35,456 nucleotides of DNA from Thermoproteota archaeon (GTDB lineage: Archaea; Korarchaeota; Korarchaeia; Korarchaeales; Korarchaeaceae), in NCBI GenBank assembly GCA_015522685.1, contig WALU01000013.1, forward strand, positions 1 to 35,456, given 5' to 3'. Positions 1 to 8,397 of the stretch are shown here, piece after piece. The stretch's first letter is position 1; each line of letters starts with the position of its first letter. Made by a program: the position numbers and the translations under genes. A model generated the notes under the pieces. The model searched no databases and was not told the DNA's origin. It saw only the letters and a list, made by a program, of their open reading frames with translations.

Positions 1-1
1 A

Positions 2-1399
2 TATAGACCTTCTATTGGAGTTAATAGAGGCCTCTTCCTCACATTCTTAGGAGCAGCGAGGGAAGTAGGCAGAAGTGCTATACTAGTAAATACAAATGAG
101 AGTACTGTTTTGCTTGATAGTGGTATAAGTGTTGGAGGGAGAAATCCATTCCCTAGATTCGATCATCCAGCATTCAGATTAGATGATCTAGATGCAGTTA
201 TAGTCACTCACGCTCACCTAGATCATTCTGGAGCCTTACCTCTCCTTTTCAAGTATGGATATAGAGGTCCCGTTTATTTAACCAAGCCAACCAGAGATCT
301 GATAATGCTTCTTCTTTACGATTACCTGAACCTCTCTCAAAAGATGGGAATTACTCCCTTTTTCTCGTGGAGAGATGTCGTAAACCTCATGAATCATATG
401 ATAACCTTAGATTATGGTGAGACTGTTGATATATCACCAGACATAAAGCTGACGCTCTATAATGCTGGTCATATCCTAGGATCCAGCTTAGCTCATTTAA
501 ACATAGAAAGTGCAAGATATAACATACTTTATACTGGAGACTTTAGATATAGAGATACAAAGCTCTTAGACAAGGCAATAAGGAGATTCCCCAGGGTTGA
601 AGCCCTCATAATGGAATCTACATATTGTGGAGAAAGAGATGTGCTTCCAAGCTTAAAAGAAGCAGAAGATTCACTCTTTTCCATAATAAGAGAAACTACA
701 GAGAGGGGAGGTAAGATCCTCATTCCAGCATTAGCTGTAGGGAGAGCTCAAGAGATAATGCTCTCGATGGTAGACGGATTCAGGAGAGAAGAACTGCCAG
801 ATGTCCCTATTTACCTGGATGGAATGATCTATGATTCCACGGCCATACATTCGGCATATCCAGATTATCTATCCTCTTATGTGAGAAATAGGGTCTTTAG
901 GGAGGATAGGGATCCATTTACTGATCCTCACTTTAACTTTATAGGAGGACCTGGTGAGAGACCAGATGTAACCACAGGCGGGCCAGCCGTTATAATAGCT
1001 CCATCAGGGATGCTAACGGGTGGGCCAAGTGTTGAGTATCTGAGACTAATGGCTCCTAATGAGAACAATTCTATCATTTTGGTGAGCTATCAGGCAGAGG
1101 GGACCTTAGGAAGGAAGATTAGGGAGGGGATTAAGGAAATAAAAGTTCCAAATGAAGAGGGAGAATTAGTCACAATTGAGGTTAAAGCTAAGGTCTACGT
1201 AGTAGAGGGATTCTCAGCTCATGCTGATAAGGTTCAGCTCCTCACTTACCTAACTACAATAGAGCCTAGGCCACATAGGGTCTTCTTAGTTCATGGAGAA
1301 GAGAATAAAATAAGATCTTTTATGCCGTTGGCTCATAAAAGTATAAGTGGTATGAGGTTTTCTGCTTCACATTTGGGAGAGACCTTCAGGCTAGCATAG
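2..1399 (+). CDS. beta-CASP metallo-beta-lactamase ribonuclease, aCPSF1/FttA type (5'-truncated by window edge)
   Basis: Frame is open from position 2 (YRPSIGVNRGLFLTFLGAAREVGRSAILV...LLDSG), so the track start at 110 is internal. Motifs: THAHLDH, AGHILGS, YTGD, MESTY, GRAQE, SGMLTGG, FSAHAD, VHGE. Confidence 0.9.
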   Translation, partial: YRPSIGVNRGLFLTFLGAAREVGRSAILVNTNESTVLLDSGISVGGRNPFPRFDHPAFRLDDLDAVIVTHAHLDHSGALPLLFKYGYRGPVYLTKPTRDLIMLLLYDYLNLSQKMGITPFFSWRDVVNLMNHMITLDYGETVDISPDIKLTLYNAGHILGSSLAHLNIESARYNILYTGDFRYRDTKLLDKAIRRFPRVEALIMESTYCGERDVLPSLKEAEDSLFSIIRETTERGGKILIPALAVGRAQEIMLSMVDGFRREELPDVPIYLDGMIYDSTAIHSAYPDYLSSYVRNRVFREDRDPFTDPHFNFIGGPGERPDVTTGGPAVIIAPSGMLTGGPSVEYLRLMAPNENNSIILVSYQAEGTLGRKIREGIKEIKVPNEEGELVTIEVKAKVYVVEGFSAHADKVQLLTYLTTIEPRPHRVFLVHGEENKIRSFMPLAHKSISGMRFSASHLGETFRLA

Positions 1400-1418
1400 C
1401 AAAATAGGAGAAAGATTA

Positions 1419-1814
1419 TTACTGCTCTGGGCTTCTCCAAATTTCAACAAATCTAGGTACTATGAGTATCGGCGGAGAGCCTCTATCCTTTATAAGAACC
1501 AAGTCCCCTCCCATCTCCAATACTCTCTCCTTAAGTCTCTGTATTATAAATCTCAGCTTCTCTTCACCTTCTGAAGCTAAATCTTCATATCTCAGAAGAA
1601 TAATATTGCCCTCGCTTATCTCATTAAGCACTTGCTCTACATCTTCTGCATTTCTAAGGCTCATAGGTTTTACTGTGATGGCTTTTTCTGATAGAACTTT
1701 AGCTCTAGTAGGCTCTGCTTCATAATCAAGATCCTCATAACCAGACTCCTCCTCAATTCCCTCTTTCTCATATTCCTCCTCTTTCTTACCAAAAAGTTTC
1801 TTTAAGAAACCCAA
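1419..1814 (-). CDS. sepF: Archaeal SepF cell-division protein
   Basis: Amphipathic N-terminus MGFLKKLFG, acidic linker, SepF core (EGNIILL...GGDLV...ILIVPRFVEI). TTG start preceded by GGGGGT. Confidence 0.85.
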   Translation of the reverse strand: MGFLKKLFGKKEEEYEKEGIEEESGYEDLDYEAEPTRAKVLSEKAITVKPMSLRNAEDVEQVLNEISEGNIILLRYEDLASEGEEKLRFIIQRLKERVLEMGGDLVLIKDRGSPPILIVPRFVEIWRSPEQ

Positions 1815-1860
1815 TGTTCAGACCCCCTAGCTCTTGTTTCAATTATTTGACTCTGATGCG

Positions 1861-1868
1861 TATTTAAA
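1861..1868 (-). promoter_or_regulatory. Putative TATA box of sepF (TTTAAATA on minus strand)
   Basis: TTTAAATA ~47 nt upstream of the sepF start; the same octamer sits at a similar distance upstream of ftsZ1. Confidence 0.5.
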
Positions 1869-2052
1869 GGCTACTCTACTGCGAGCACCAGGAGTGGTTT
1901 TTCCTTTTCTCAATTGTATTCGAATTGCTTGGCACACCATTGTATGTGAACACCTTTATTATGGATTATAACTTATGAGAGGCTAGGACATCTTCCATCC
2001 ATAAGTTATTTAAAAGGAAAGGATCACTAATTAATTGTCTAGAGGGAGCAAT

Positions 2053-2307
2053 ATGTCCAGTGCAATGAGGTATCTCTCAAAGAGCATGAATGCAAGCATA
2101 CTGGTATCTCTAAAAAACGGGGTGTTTGTGAGAGGCATTCTAAGGTCATATGATAATCATCTCAACCTAATCTTAGATAATGCAGAGGAGATTTATACAG
2201 CACCAGATGGCGAGACTAAGCAGAGCAGTATAGGCAAAAGAGTTTTAATAAGGGGCGATAATGTAATAGTTATATCTACCCCTAAGATAGAGGAGCTGGA
2301 GGAATAG
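2053..2307 (+). CDS. Sm-like archaeal protein (SmAP/Lsm)
   Basis: Sm1 motif [19 protein letters not shown] and Sm2 motif VLIRGDNV; conserved linkage to rpl37e. ATG 2053 preferred over TTG 2035. Confidence 0.92.
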   Translation: MSSAMRYLSKSMNASILVSLKNGVFVRGILRSYDNHLNLILDNAEEIYTAPDGETKQSSIGKRVLIRGDNVIVISTPKIEELEE

Positions 2308-2333
2308 AGAAAAGAGAAGGGAAGGAGATATTT

Positions 2334-2525
2334 ATGACGAAGGGAACCCCATCTATGGGTAAGAAGGGAAGGCATGAGACGCACATAAGGTGCAGGAGAT
2401 GTGGGAAGCATACTTATAATATAAAGAAAGGCTATTGCGCAGCTTGTGGCTTTGGCAAGAGTAAGAAGATGAGAAGGTATTCATGGTCTAACAAGGTCAG
2501 GTGGAAAGGGATCAGAGTCGTCTAA
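2334..2525 (+). CDS. rpl37e: 50S ribosomal protein L37e
   Basis: [10 protein letters not shown]...CRRCG...CAACGFG zinc finger. Confidence 0.97.
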   Translation: MTKGTPSMGKKGRHETHIRCRRCGKHTYNIKKGYCAACGFGKSKKMRRYSWSNKVRWKGIRVV

Positions 2526-2630
2526 GGATCGGTTTAAGCCTTGTTTATATAGGATGGGATTGTTATAGTAGTAGGCTTGCATCTCTAAGAAAAGATTAAA
2601 ATTCTATTATTATAATAGGATGGAGTTAGT

Positions 2631-2703
2631 GGGCTGGTGGCGCAGATGGTAGCGCGTCCGCTTGGCATGCGGAAGGTCGGGGGTTCGAGTCCCCCCCGGT
2701 CCA
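2631..2703 (+). tRNA. tRNA-Ala(GGC)
   Basis: Cloverleaf; anticodon arm TCCGC-TT GGC AT-GCGGA; G3:U70 pair; T-loop TTCGAGT. Confidence 0.96.
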
Positions 2704-2713
2704 TTTAGCTAAT

Positions 2714-2785
2714 GCCGGGGTAGCTCAGGGGGAGAGCGTCCGGCTGAAGACCGGAAGGTCGAGGGTTCAAATCCCTCCCCCGGCA
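2714..2785 (+). tRNA. tRNA-Phe(GAA)
   Basis: Acceptor GCCGGGG/CCCCGGC; anticodon arm TCCGG-CT GAA GA-CCGGA; T-loop TTCAAAT. Confidence 0.96.
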
Positions 2786-2800
2786 CTCTTTAGAGATGAT

Positions 2801-3541
2801 ATGATGGAAAGGATAGCTAATATCTCTGGTTATCTTCTAAGCTCACTTGAGAGCTATTTCGGTAGAGATAAGGGAAGAAAATTAGCGAGATTATTAGATA
2901 GGTCAGGAATAAGGTGTTTTGATGATTTATCTATGGAAGTCCCTGATGGTTTATTAGAGCTTGCAGAAGTAGACAAACAGTCATTTACTGTTTTTTTGGA
3001 GGAGTATGGCCCTCAGGCTATTACTAAGTTAAAGAAGAGTCTATTAGATCTTTCTTCTAAGATAAAAGAGCTTGAGCTTCAGCTCAAGTGGGCTCGCGAT
3101 AAACTCATCAAAGAAGTAGGAGCTAAACCCTTAGATAGAGTTAAGATCTTTAGGGAGCTTAGCATAGTTAGCAGTATGATTGGAACAGTTATAGAATCTA
3201 TTCAGTTCTGCTGCGAACCTTATGAAAGAATCAGTAATGAAAAAGCTTCTATTTATGTCAGTATGATTGAACAAGCAATGAGAAAAATGAAGACCATTAT
3301 AAGCGACGCTCATGACTATAAATCAGTATTAGAGCCAATACTTAATGGATTTTCGAAGCTAATAGTGATTATAAATGAAGGAATAACTGCGGGAGATCTG
3401 GTTAATCTTCTCTCTTATCCTCTATCAGCCATATCAGATGTAAGACACCCTATGCAATCAAAGAATCTGGATGTTGATTTTATATTATGGGAAAATGCTT
3501 TACTTAAAAGTAGAATATTCTCTCTCCTATGCAGAAAATAA
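2801..3541 (+). CDS. Hypothetical protein (246 aa, predicted helical/coiled-coil)
   Basis: Long ORF filling the gap; no motif recognised. Confidence 0.65.
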   Translation: MMERIANISGYLLSSLESYFGRDKGRKLARLLDRSGIRCFDDLSMEVPDGLLELAEVDKQSFTVFLEEYGPQAITKLKKSLLDLSSKIKELELQLKWARDKLIKEVGAKPLDRVKIFRELSIVSSMIGTVIESIQFCCEPYERISNEKASIYVSMIEQAMRKMKTIISDAHDYKSVLEPILNGFSKLIVIINEGITAGDLVNLLSYPLSAISDVRHPMQSKNLDVDFILWENALLKSRIFSLLCRK

Positions 3542-3552
3542 GGAGGAGTTTC

Positions 3553-3837
3553 TTAGTCTCGTATTCTTTCCAATAGGCCTATTATTAGAAGTATCTCGGA
3601 TCTTGTAGGGAAAGGCATGTTTATATCGTTCACAGTATCGTTTAAAATAGATATTGCTTTGCTGGCTCTTACACCATAAGTAAAATTCTCATCTCTTAAT
3701 GATTCTATAGTTTCAGTAGTTGCTCTTCTTATATTTCTAGGGACGCTTCGATCTTGGGATATCTTATCCAATCTCTGAATAGCTTCAGAGAGGAACTGTT
3801 CATACTCCTTTATCTTCTGGGCCTTCTTCGTAGCCAT
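3553..3837 (-). CDS. UPF0147 family protein
   Basis: ISQDRSVPRNIRR...VRASKAISIL...DINMPFPTR signature; GGAGGTG SD. Confidence 0.88.
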   Translation of the reverse strand: MATKKAQKIKEYEQFLSEAIQRLDKISQDRSVPRNIRRATTETIESLRDENFTYGVRASKAISILNDTVNDINMPFPTRSEILLIIGLLERIRD

Positions 3838-3929
3838 AATCGAACACCTCCAAGTAGTTATCCACTAAGCTATTCCACATTGACTTAAAATTATTATCAT
3901 CCCAGTAAACATGGAGGTATACCCTTCAG

Positions 3930-4310
3930 ATGAGTAATGATATGTCTCAGGAAGATAAAAGCAAAAAACTCGCTGAAGCCCTACTTAAGGGATGGAAAAT
4001 GCTTCCTGAGACCTGTCCAGTTTGCGGCTCTCCCTTATTCGAAACTCCCGGAGGAGAAGTTATCTGTGCGGTCTGTGGTACGAAAGTAATATTAGTTCAA
4101 TCGGAAGAAGATGTTAAGGTCGAGAAGCAGAAGCTGATATTAGGAAAAATAATCAGTGATCTAATTAGATATCTCGAAAGAGAGATATATGAGGCGGAAG
4201 ATAATTTGAGTAATGAGAGGATAGATAGAATAAATTTGATGCTTGATGCCATAAACAAAGCTAGTTCTATATACAGGAGCTTATCTCACCAGGAAAGGAA
4301 GCATAAATGA
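3930..4310 (+). CDS. UPF0148 / autoantigen p27-like Zn-ribbon protein
   Basis: LLKGWKMLPETCPVCGSPLF...ICAVCG; GGAGGT SD; commonly adjacent to UPF0147. Confidence 0.85.
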   Translation: MSNDMSQEDKSKKLAEALLKGWKMLPETCPVCGSPLFETPGGEVICAVCGTKVILVQSEEDVKVEKQKLILGKIISDLIRYLEREIYEAEDNLSNERIDRINLMLDAINKASSIYRSLSHQERKHK

Positions 4311-4794
4311 GTTTTGACTTCCAGCTTGACTCTCTAGCTTTATCTATTATTCTGGACATTAGTTCATCATAACCTGTCCTAGATAGGCCTTTTTCCAGAG
4401 ATAAAGAAACTATCACACCTTTTCTTATTCCCTTAAGATGCATTCCATAAACGTCTCTCTTGAGGTGAACTGCCCTTCCTTGGCTTATATAATAGTAGCC
4501 CAAAGTTATCTTAAATTGATATAATAATCCAATAGGATCTTCAGGGCTATGGAGAATCTTCACTACTTGTTCTATTGCGATATCTCCCTGAAATGGCACA
4601 GGCTTTTTATCTTCATGCTGCTTCAATATTTCGTAGGAGATGAACCCTTTTCTTAGCTCAGGTGCAGGACCTGACCATAGCTCCATCTCTTCATGAAGAC
4701 CATGAAGCCTTGAGAGGCCAATGAGTACCATAGAGATGGCCTTTCTGCAATTTTCCCCGCAAATTATATACTTCTTTGTAAGAACGGCACTCAC
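4267..4794 (-). CDS. Hypothetical protein (175 aa)
   Basis: ORF with GTG start; 3' end overlaps the convergent gene; no motif recognised. Confidence 0.6.
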   Translation of the reverse strand: MSAVLTKKYIICGENCRKAISMVLIGLSRLHGLHEEMELWSGPAPELRKGFISYEILKQHEDKKPVPFQGDIAIEQVVKILHSPEDPIGLLYQFKITLGYYYISQGRAVHLKRDVYGMHLKGIRKGVIVSLSLEKGLSRTGYDELMSRIIDKARESSWKSKLIYASFPGEISSCI

Positions 4795-4861
4795 CTCTAT
4801 CTAAATGTAATAGCGAGTTAAAAGTAAAATTAATTTCACTCTGAGGAACTGCTTAATTTTG

Positions 4862-6055
4862 CTATAGGAAATCATAAACATGCTTATTCCTTAAGATCTC
4901 TTTTAATCTATCTCTATATTTAGGCCAAGTGTATACACGCACCATTGTAGGAAGTAGATCCTTGAGTCTGCTTAGTACAGGAGATACGCCTAAGGGATTT
5001 ATCAGCTCTCCGTCTCTCCATAGCATCGGGAGACCAGTAGATTTTATGAATTTTATTTTTGGGGAGTCTATTATTATGTCATCCTCAGAAACTCCAGATG
5101 TGTTAGAAATAGCACTTCTAAGCTGATTTACTTGCCTTGTTGAGAGGTATTCTCCATACCATTCTCCAGCTACCTTTAAAATGTGTCTCTTCATGAGACT
5201 TTTCATAATATTTTTGCTCCTCTCGTTTTTTCTAAGGATTTCCCACATTGTATAATCATCTAAGTTTAGGTACAAATTAGGATACTCCAAGATCTCGCCT
5301 AAATGCAAGTGCATTTCATGTATAATTGACATCATGGCTTTCTCAAGCATTAATTGAACGGCTCTTGATGTTTTATGATAGTATATTGTCCTGAAAGACA
5401 GAAGCCTTGCCATTAAAAGAGATTCTACTGCTTCCAAAGCTCTTATATTGATCGCTAAATCCCCATCAACATCCATTGAGTTCATAGCTATCCTATGAAT
5501 ATCTACCGAATACCCAGCTCCTGTATGATAAGAATCTCTCACTGTATAATCCATTTTATCGGCGTCTATAGAGGAGTTTATCACTTTAGAAAGGCTTTTC
5601 CTTCTATATTTTCCTAGTATTAAATTCGCTACATCATCAGTATTGATCCCATTTTCGCTCAATATATCAGAGAGTATCGTGTTCTTTATGAGGATAACTC
5701 CCATTTTTTCGTGAGAGACTCTTAAAAAGGTATTAAGTATTGGTTCAAATGAATGGGAGAAAGGCCCATGTCCTATATCATGTAAAAGACCTGCTATCCT
5801 TAGTAACTTAGTAATATATTCATCATCAGAAAGCTTGCTCCCCATGAGACCTGCCAAATGCATAACCCCCAGTGAGTGCTCAAATCTAGTATTCATAGCC
5901 CCTGGATAAACATATTCAGAGCCAGGAAGCTGTTTTATTCTTCTTAATCTCTGTAAGGGGAGAGTATCTACCAGATTTAACTCTAGAGGAGTGAGCTTTA
6001 TATATCCATGTATAGGATCTTTGATCGATTTTTTTGTATTTACCATCCTAAGCAT
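4862..6055 (-). CDS. HD-domain phosphohydrolase (SAMHD1/dNTP triphosphohydrolase-like)
   Basis: DPIHG, LQRLRRIKQL, RFEHSLG, HDIGHGPFSH, DADKMDY, IYYHKT motifs. Confidence 0.9.
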   Translation of the reverse strand: MLRMVNTKKSIKDPIHGYIKLTPLELNLVDTLPLQRLRRIKQLPGSEYVYPGAMNTRFEHSLGVMHLAGLMGSKLSDDEYITKLLRIAGLLHDIGHGPFSHSFEPILNTFLRVSHEKMGVILIKNTILSDILSENGINTDDVANLILGKYRRKSLSKVINSSIDADKMDYTVRDSYHTGAGYSVDIHRIAMNSMDVDGDLAINIRALEAVESLLMARLLSFRTIYYHKTSRAVQLMLEKAMMSIIHEMHLHLGEILEYPNLYLNLDDYTMWEILRKNERSKNIMKSLMKRHILKVAGEWYGEYLSTRQVNQLRSAISNTSGVSEDDIIIDSPKIKFIKSTGLPMLWRDGELINPLGVSPVLSRLKDLLPTMVRVYTWPKYRDRLKEILRNKHVYDFL

Positions 6056-6479
6056 TTTCCTCTGAAAGCGCTTTTCTGTATTCCTCTGGCTTCATTAGAT
6101 TTTTCAATTCATTTTCTAGACTACCTTTCACCGAAAGTTTAACTACCCACCCATTTCTGTATGGATCTTCTGATATTACTTCTAATCCTATCGGTATTTC
6201 ATCGCTATCTTCAATAACAATTCCTGCATTTTTATTTATCTCCAAGATTTCCCCCGAAATTGGAGCATATATTTTCTCAGTGGTCTTGCTACTCTCTACT
6301 AGACCCAGAGGCTCACCTTGATGGATTAGTGATCCTACTGGTTTAACTTCTAGATATGTTATATCTCCCAATTCCTCTATTGCATAGGAAGTAAGTCCTA
6401 TGACCGCTTTTTCACCTTCCAGTTTTATCCATTCGTGAGTCTTCGCATAGTACCTATCATCTGGGACTTCGTATACCAT
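6048..6479 (-). CDS. gcvH: Glycine cleavage system H protein (lipoyl carrier)
   Basis: YAKTHEWI, GLTSYA, LGDI, VESSKT (lipoyl Lys), APISG, DPYRNGW. Confidence 0.93.
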   Translation of the reverse strand: MVYEVPDDRYYAKTHEWIKLEGEKAVIGLTSYAIEELGDITYLEVKPVGSLIHQGEPLGLVESSKTTEKIYAPISGEILEINKNAGIVIEDSDEIPIGLEVISEDPYRNGWVVKLSVKGSLENELKNLMKPEEYRKALSEENA

Positions 6480-6533
6480 GAATATCGCCTCTTGATTAGA
6501 TATGCAAATGCTTTTAATTTTAAGATGCTAATA

Positions 6534-7442
6534 TTAAATATCTTCTAACCCGTATTCAGTTATCTTAAAGGCAGCCTGACCCTGAGGAAGGTAAGAAGAA
6601 TCTTCTAATGTGGCTATCACTATGTTGCTCCTAGTTCGTCTCAGGTATAACATGTTGTGAGGAACGTGACCTAAAACAAATCCCCCTTTGGAGATAATAT
6701 CTTTCTTCCATTTAATTGCATGGATTGTTAGAATTACAATGGAATTGTAGTAAGTCATCCTTTTTATTATAGATAATATTTCTTGTAGCTCTTGCTGCTT
6801 CTTTGGTAGATCTTTAAGCCCTTTATATACGGAAAAGGGGCTAGAGATCGAATCTATACACACAAGTTCTGTTACTCCTTTCTTGACAGATCTTAAAGTT
6901 AAGCGAAGTGCGGATTTAAGTTGATGAGAACCAGGAGCGCTAAATACTCTTATCCGAGACAGGTCTACTCTTTGCAGGCCATTACTTATGAGAAATGCCA
7001 GCATCCTTGAAGAAGTGAATGTGCCTTCTGTATCTATTATTGCTGCTTCACTTGCAGATAACCCCCCTTTGCTATTATCTAGTAAAGATCTAGCAGCAAG
7101 ATGTAAGATAAGCTGAGTTTTACCAGATCCTGGAGGACCATAAACTCCATTAATTGTATTTAATGGAAAGCCTCCTTTCAGTAGTTTGTCAAGGCTTTTT
7201 ATACCTGCCTTCAAGACGACCCTTTTCTCCCTGAGGAGTTTATCAGCGGTCACTGGCTTAGTTAGAGAGGACACTGCTTCTAAAATTTCACTTGCTTCCG
7301 TTCTATCTAGATGTAATTCCTCCGCTAATTCAACCTCAGAGAGCATCATTAAATCTTTTAATGTTACTTCCTTTTCTATAAGCCTGTTTATATACTTCTC
7401 TGGGATTTTACCTTTGAGTATTCTCCTTAAATCACTTTTCAT
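6534..7442 (-). CDS. RadA/Rad51 paralog with N-terminal helical domain
   Basis: Walker A GPPGSGKT, IDTEGTF, Walker B VCIDS, RadA-like C-terminus (GGFVLGH...FKITEYGLED); L1/L2 loops divergent. Confidence 0.85.
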   Translation of the reverse strand: MKSDLRRILKGKIPEKYINRLIEKEVTLKDLMMLSEVELAEELHLDRTEASEILEAVSSLTKPVTADKLLREKRVVLKAGIKSLDKLLKGGFPLNTINGVYGPPGSGKTQLILHLAARSLLDNSKGGLSASEAAIIDTEGTFTSSRMLAFLISNGLQRVDLSRIRVFSAPGSHQLKSALRLTLRSVKKGVTELVCIDSISSPFSVYKGLKDLPKKQQELQEILSIIKRMTYYNSIVILTIHAIKWKKDIISKGGFVLGHVPHNMLYLRRTRSNIVIATLEDSSYLPQGQAAFKITEYGLEDI

Positions 7443-7444
7443 CT

Positions 7445-7927
7445 TTAATGACCTACCTCCTTCAGTTTCAAGTAATATGCCACAACATTAGTGCCTTTAT
7501 GGAGCAGAGGTGTTAAAAATAAGAGGAAAATTACGGAGTATATACCTATATTTTCTATAGGATATGTAAGTAATATAGAAAATATTAAAAAACCCTCCTG
7601 ATCAAGTAAAGGAACGGGCCCTCCCTCTTCTATATTCAGCCTCCTCTTAATAAAGGAACCTACTATATCACCTATCATGGCACCTAAGGATAACAAGATT
7701 CCTTGTAAGACTCTTCCTTGTGCAATTCCCATTGCAGTACCGCATATAACTCCTGCTACGAAACCTTTGATGGTTTTATGATTCCCCAGTATCCTCTTTC
7801 CATCTACAAATTTCTTATTAAAGTCAAGAGGCTTTCCTCCTCCAAAAATGACCGGCGACATGTTAGCTATATAGGCAGGAAGAATATACCATAGGGAATC
7901 TATAGCTATGGCTAGGATGCTCCGCAT
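7445..7927 (-). CDS. carS: CDP-archaeol synthase
   Basis: PAYIANMSPV, PLD...DGKRILGNHKT, GDIVGSFIKRR, PLLDQ; hydrophobic segments. Confidence 0.92.
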   Translation of the reverse strand: MRSILAIAIDSLWYILPAYIANMSPVIFGGGKPLDFNKKFVDGKRILGNHKTIKGFVAGVICGTAMGIAQGRVLQGILLSLGAMIGDIVGSFIKRRLNIEEGGPVPLLDQEGFLIFSILLTYPIENIGIYSVIFLLFLTPLLHKGTNVVAYYLKLKEVGH

Positions 7928-7935
7928 AGTCTCCC

Positions 7936-8397
7936 CTACTTTATTGTAATGTTACCAAAAAGATTGTAAAACCAATTTTCAGTTTCATCTATAGATGTAT
8001 ATATTCTTATATTTGATGATGTAAAATTCTCTAAATATTTTATAAGAGAAATAAGCATTATGATTTTTCTTTGAATTTTAAATGCCTCTTCCTTTGAAGA
8101 TGAGCTAATTCTCACTAGATAAGCGCCGTATAGTTCATCAATTATGCCAGAATTGTATCTTCCTATAAGAGTAGCAAACATAAGGAGGGATTTTATCTCA
8201 TTGCCCATTACGGAATTTATAAGGATGGATCCCTTGCTTTTTTCTTCATTAAAAACATCTTTTAGTATATTAATAGTAGATTGCTCGAATACTAGAATCA
8301 TAATCTTTTTATCCTCCTTAAGCCATCTTTCAATATCCTTCTTTATTAGTTCTATCTTAATAGAAGAAGGAGCAACCAATAGCTTCATGTGGAGCAC
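7936..8397 (-). CDS. Hypothetical protein, possibly a degenerate RecA/RadB-fold protein
   Basis: Abuts the XPD gene with zero gap. Motif order resembles a RecA core: LLVAPSSIK (eroded P-loop), IMILVFE, GIIDEL, then QRKIIMLISLIK helix. Confidence 0.55.
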   Translation of the reverse strand: MLHMKLLVAPSSIKIELIKKDIERWLKEDKKIMILVFEQSTINILKDVFNEEKSKGSILINSVMGNEIKSLLMFATLIGRYNSGIIDELYGAYLVRISSSSKEEAFKIQRKIIMLISLIKYLENFTSSNIRIYTSIDETENWFYNLFGNITIK

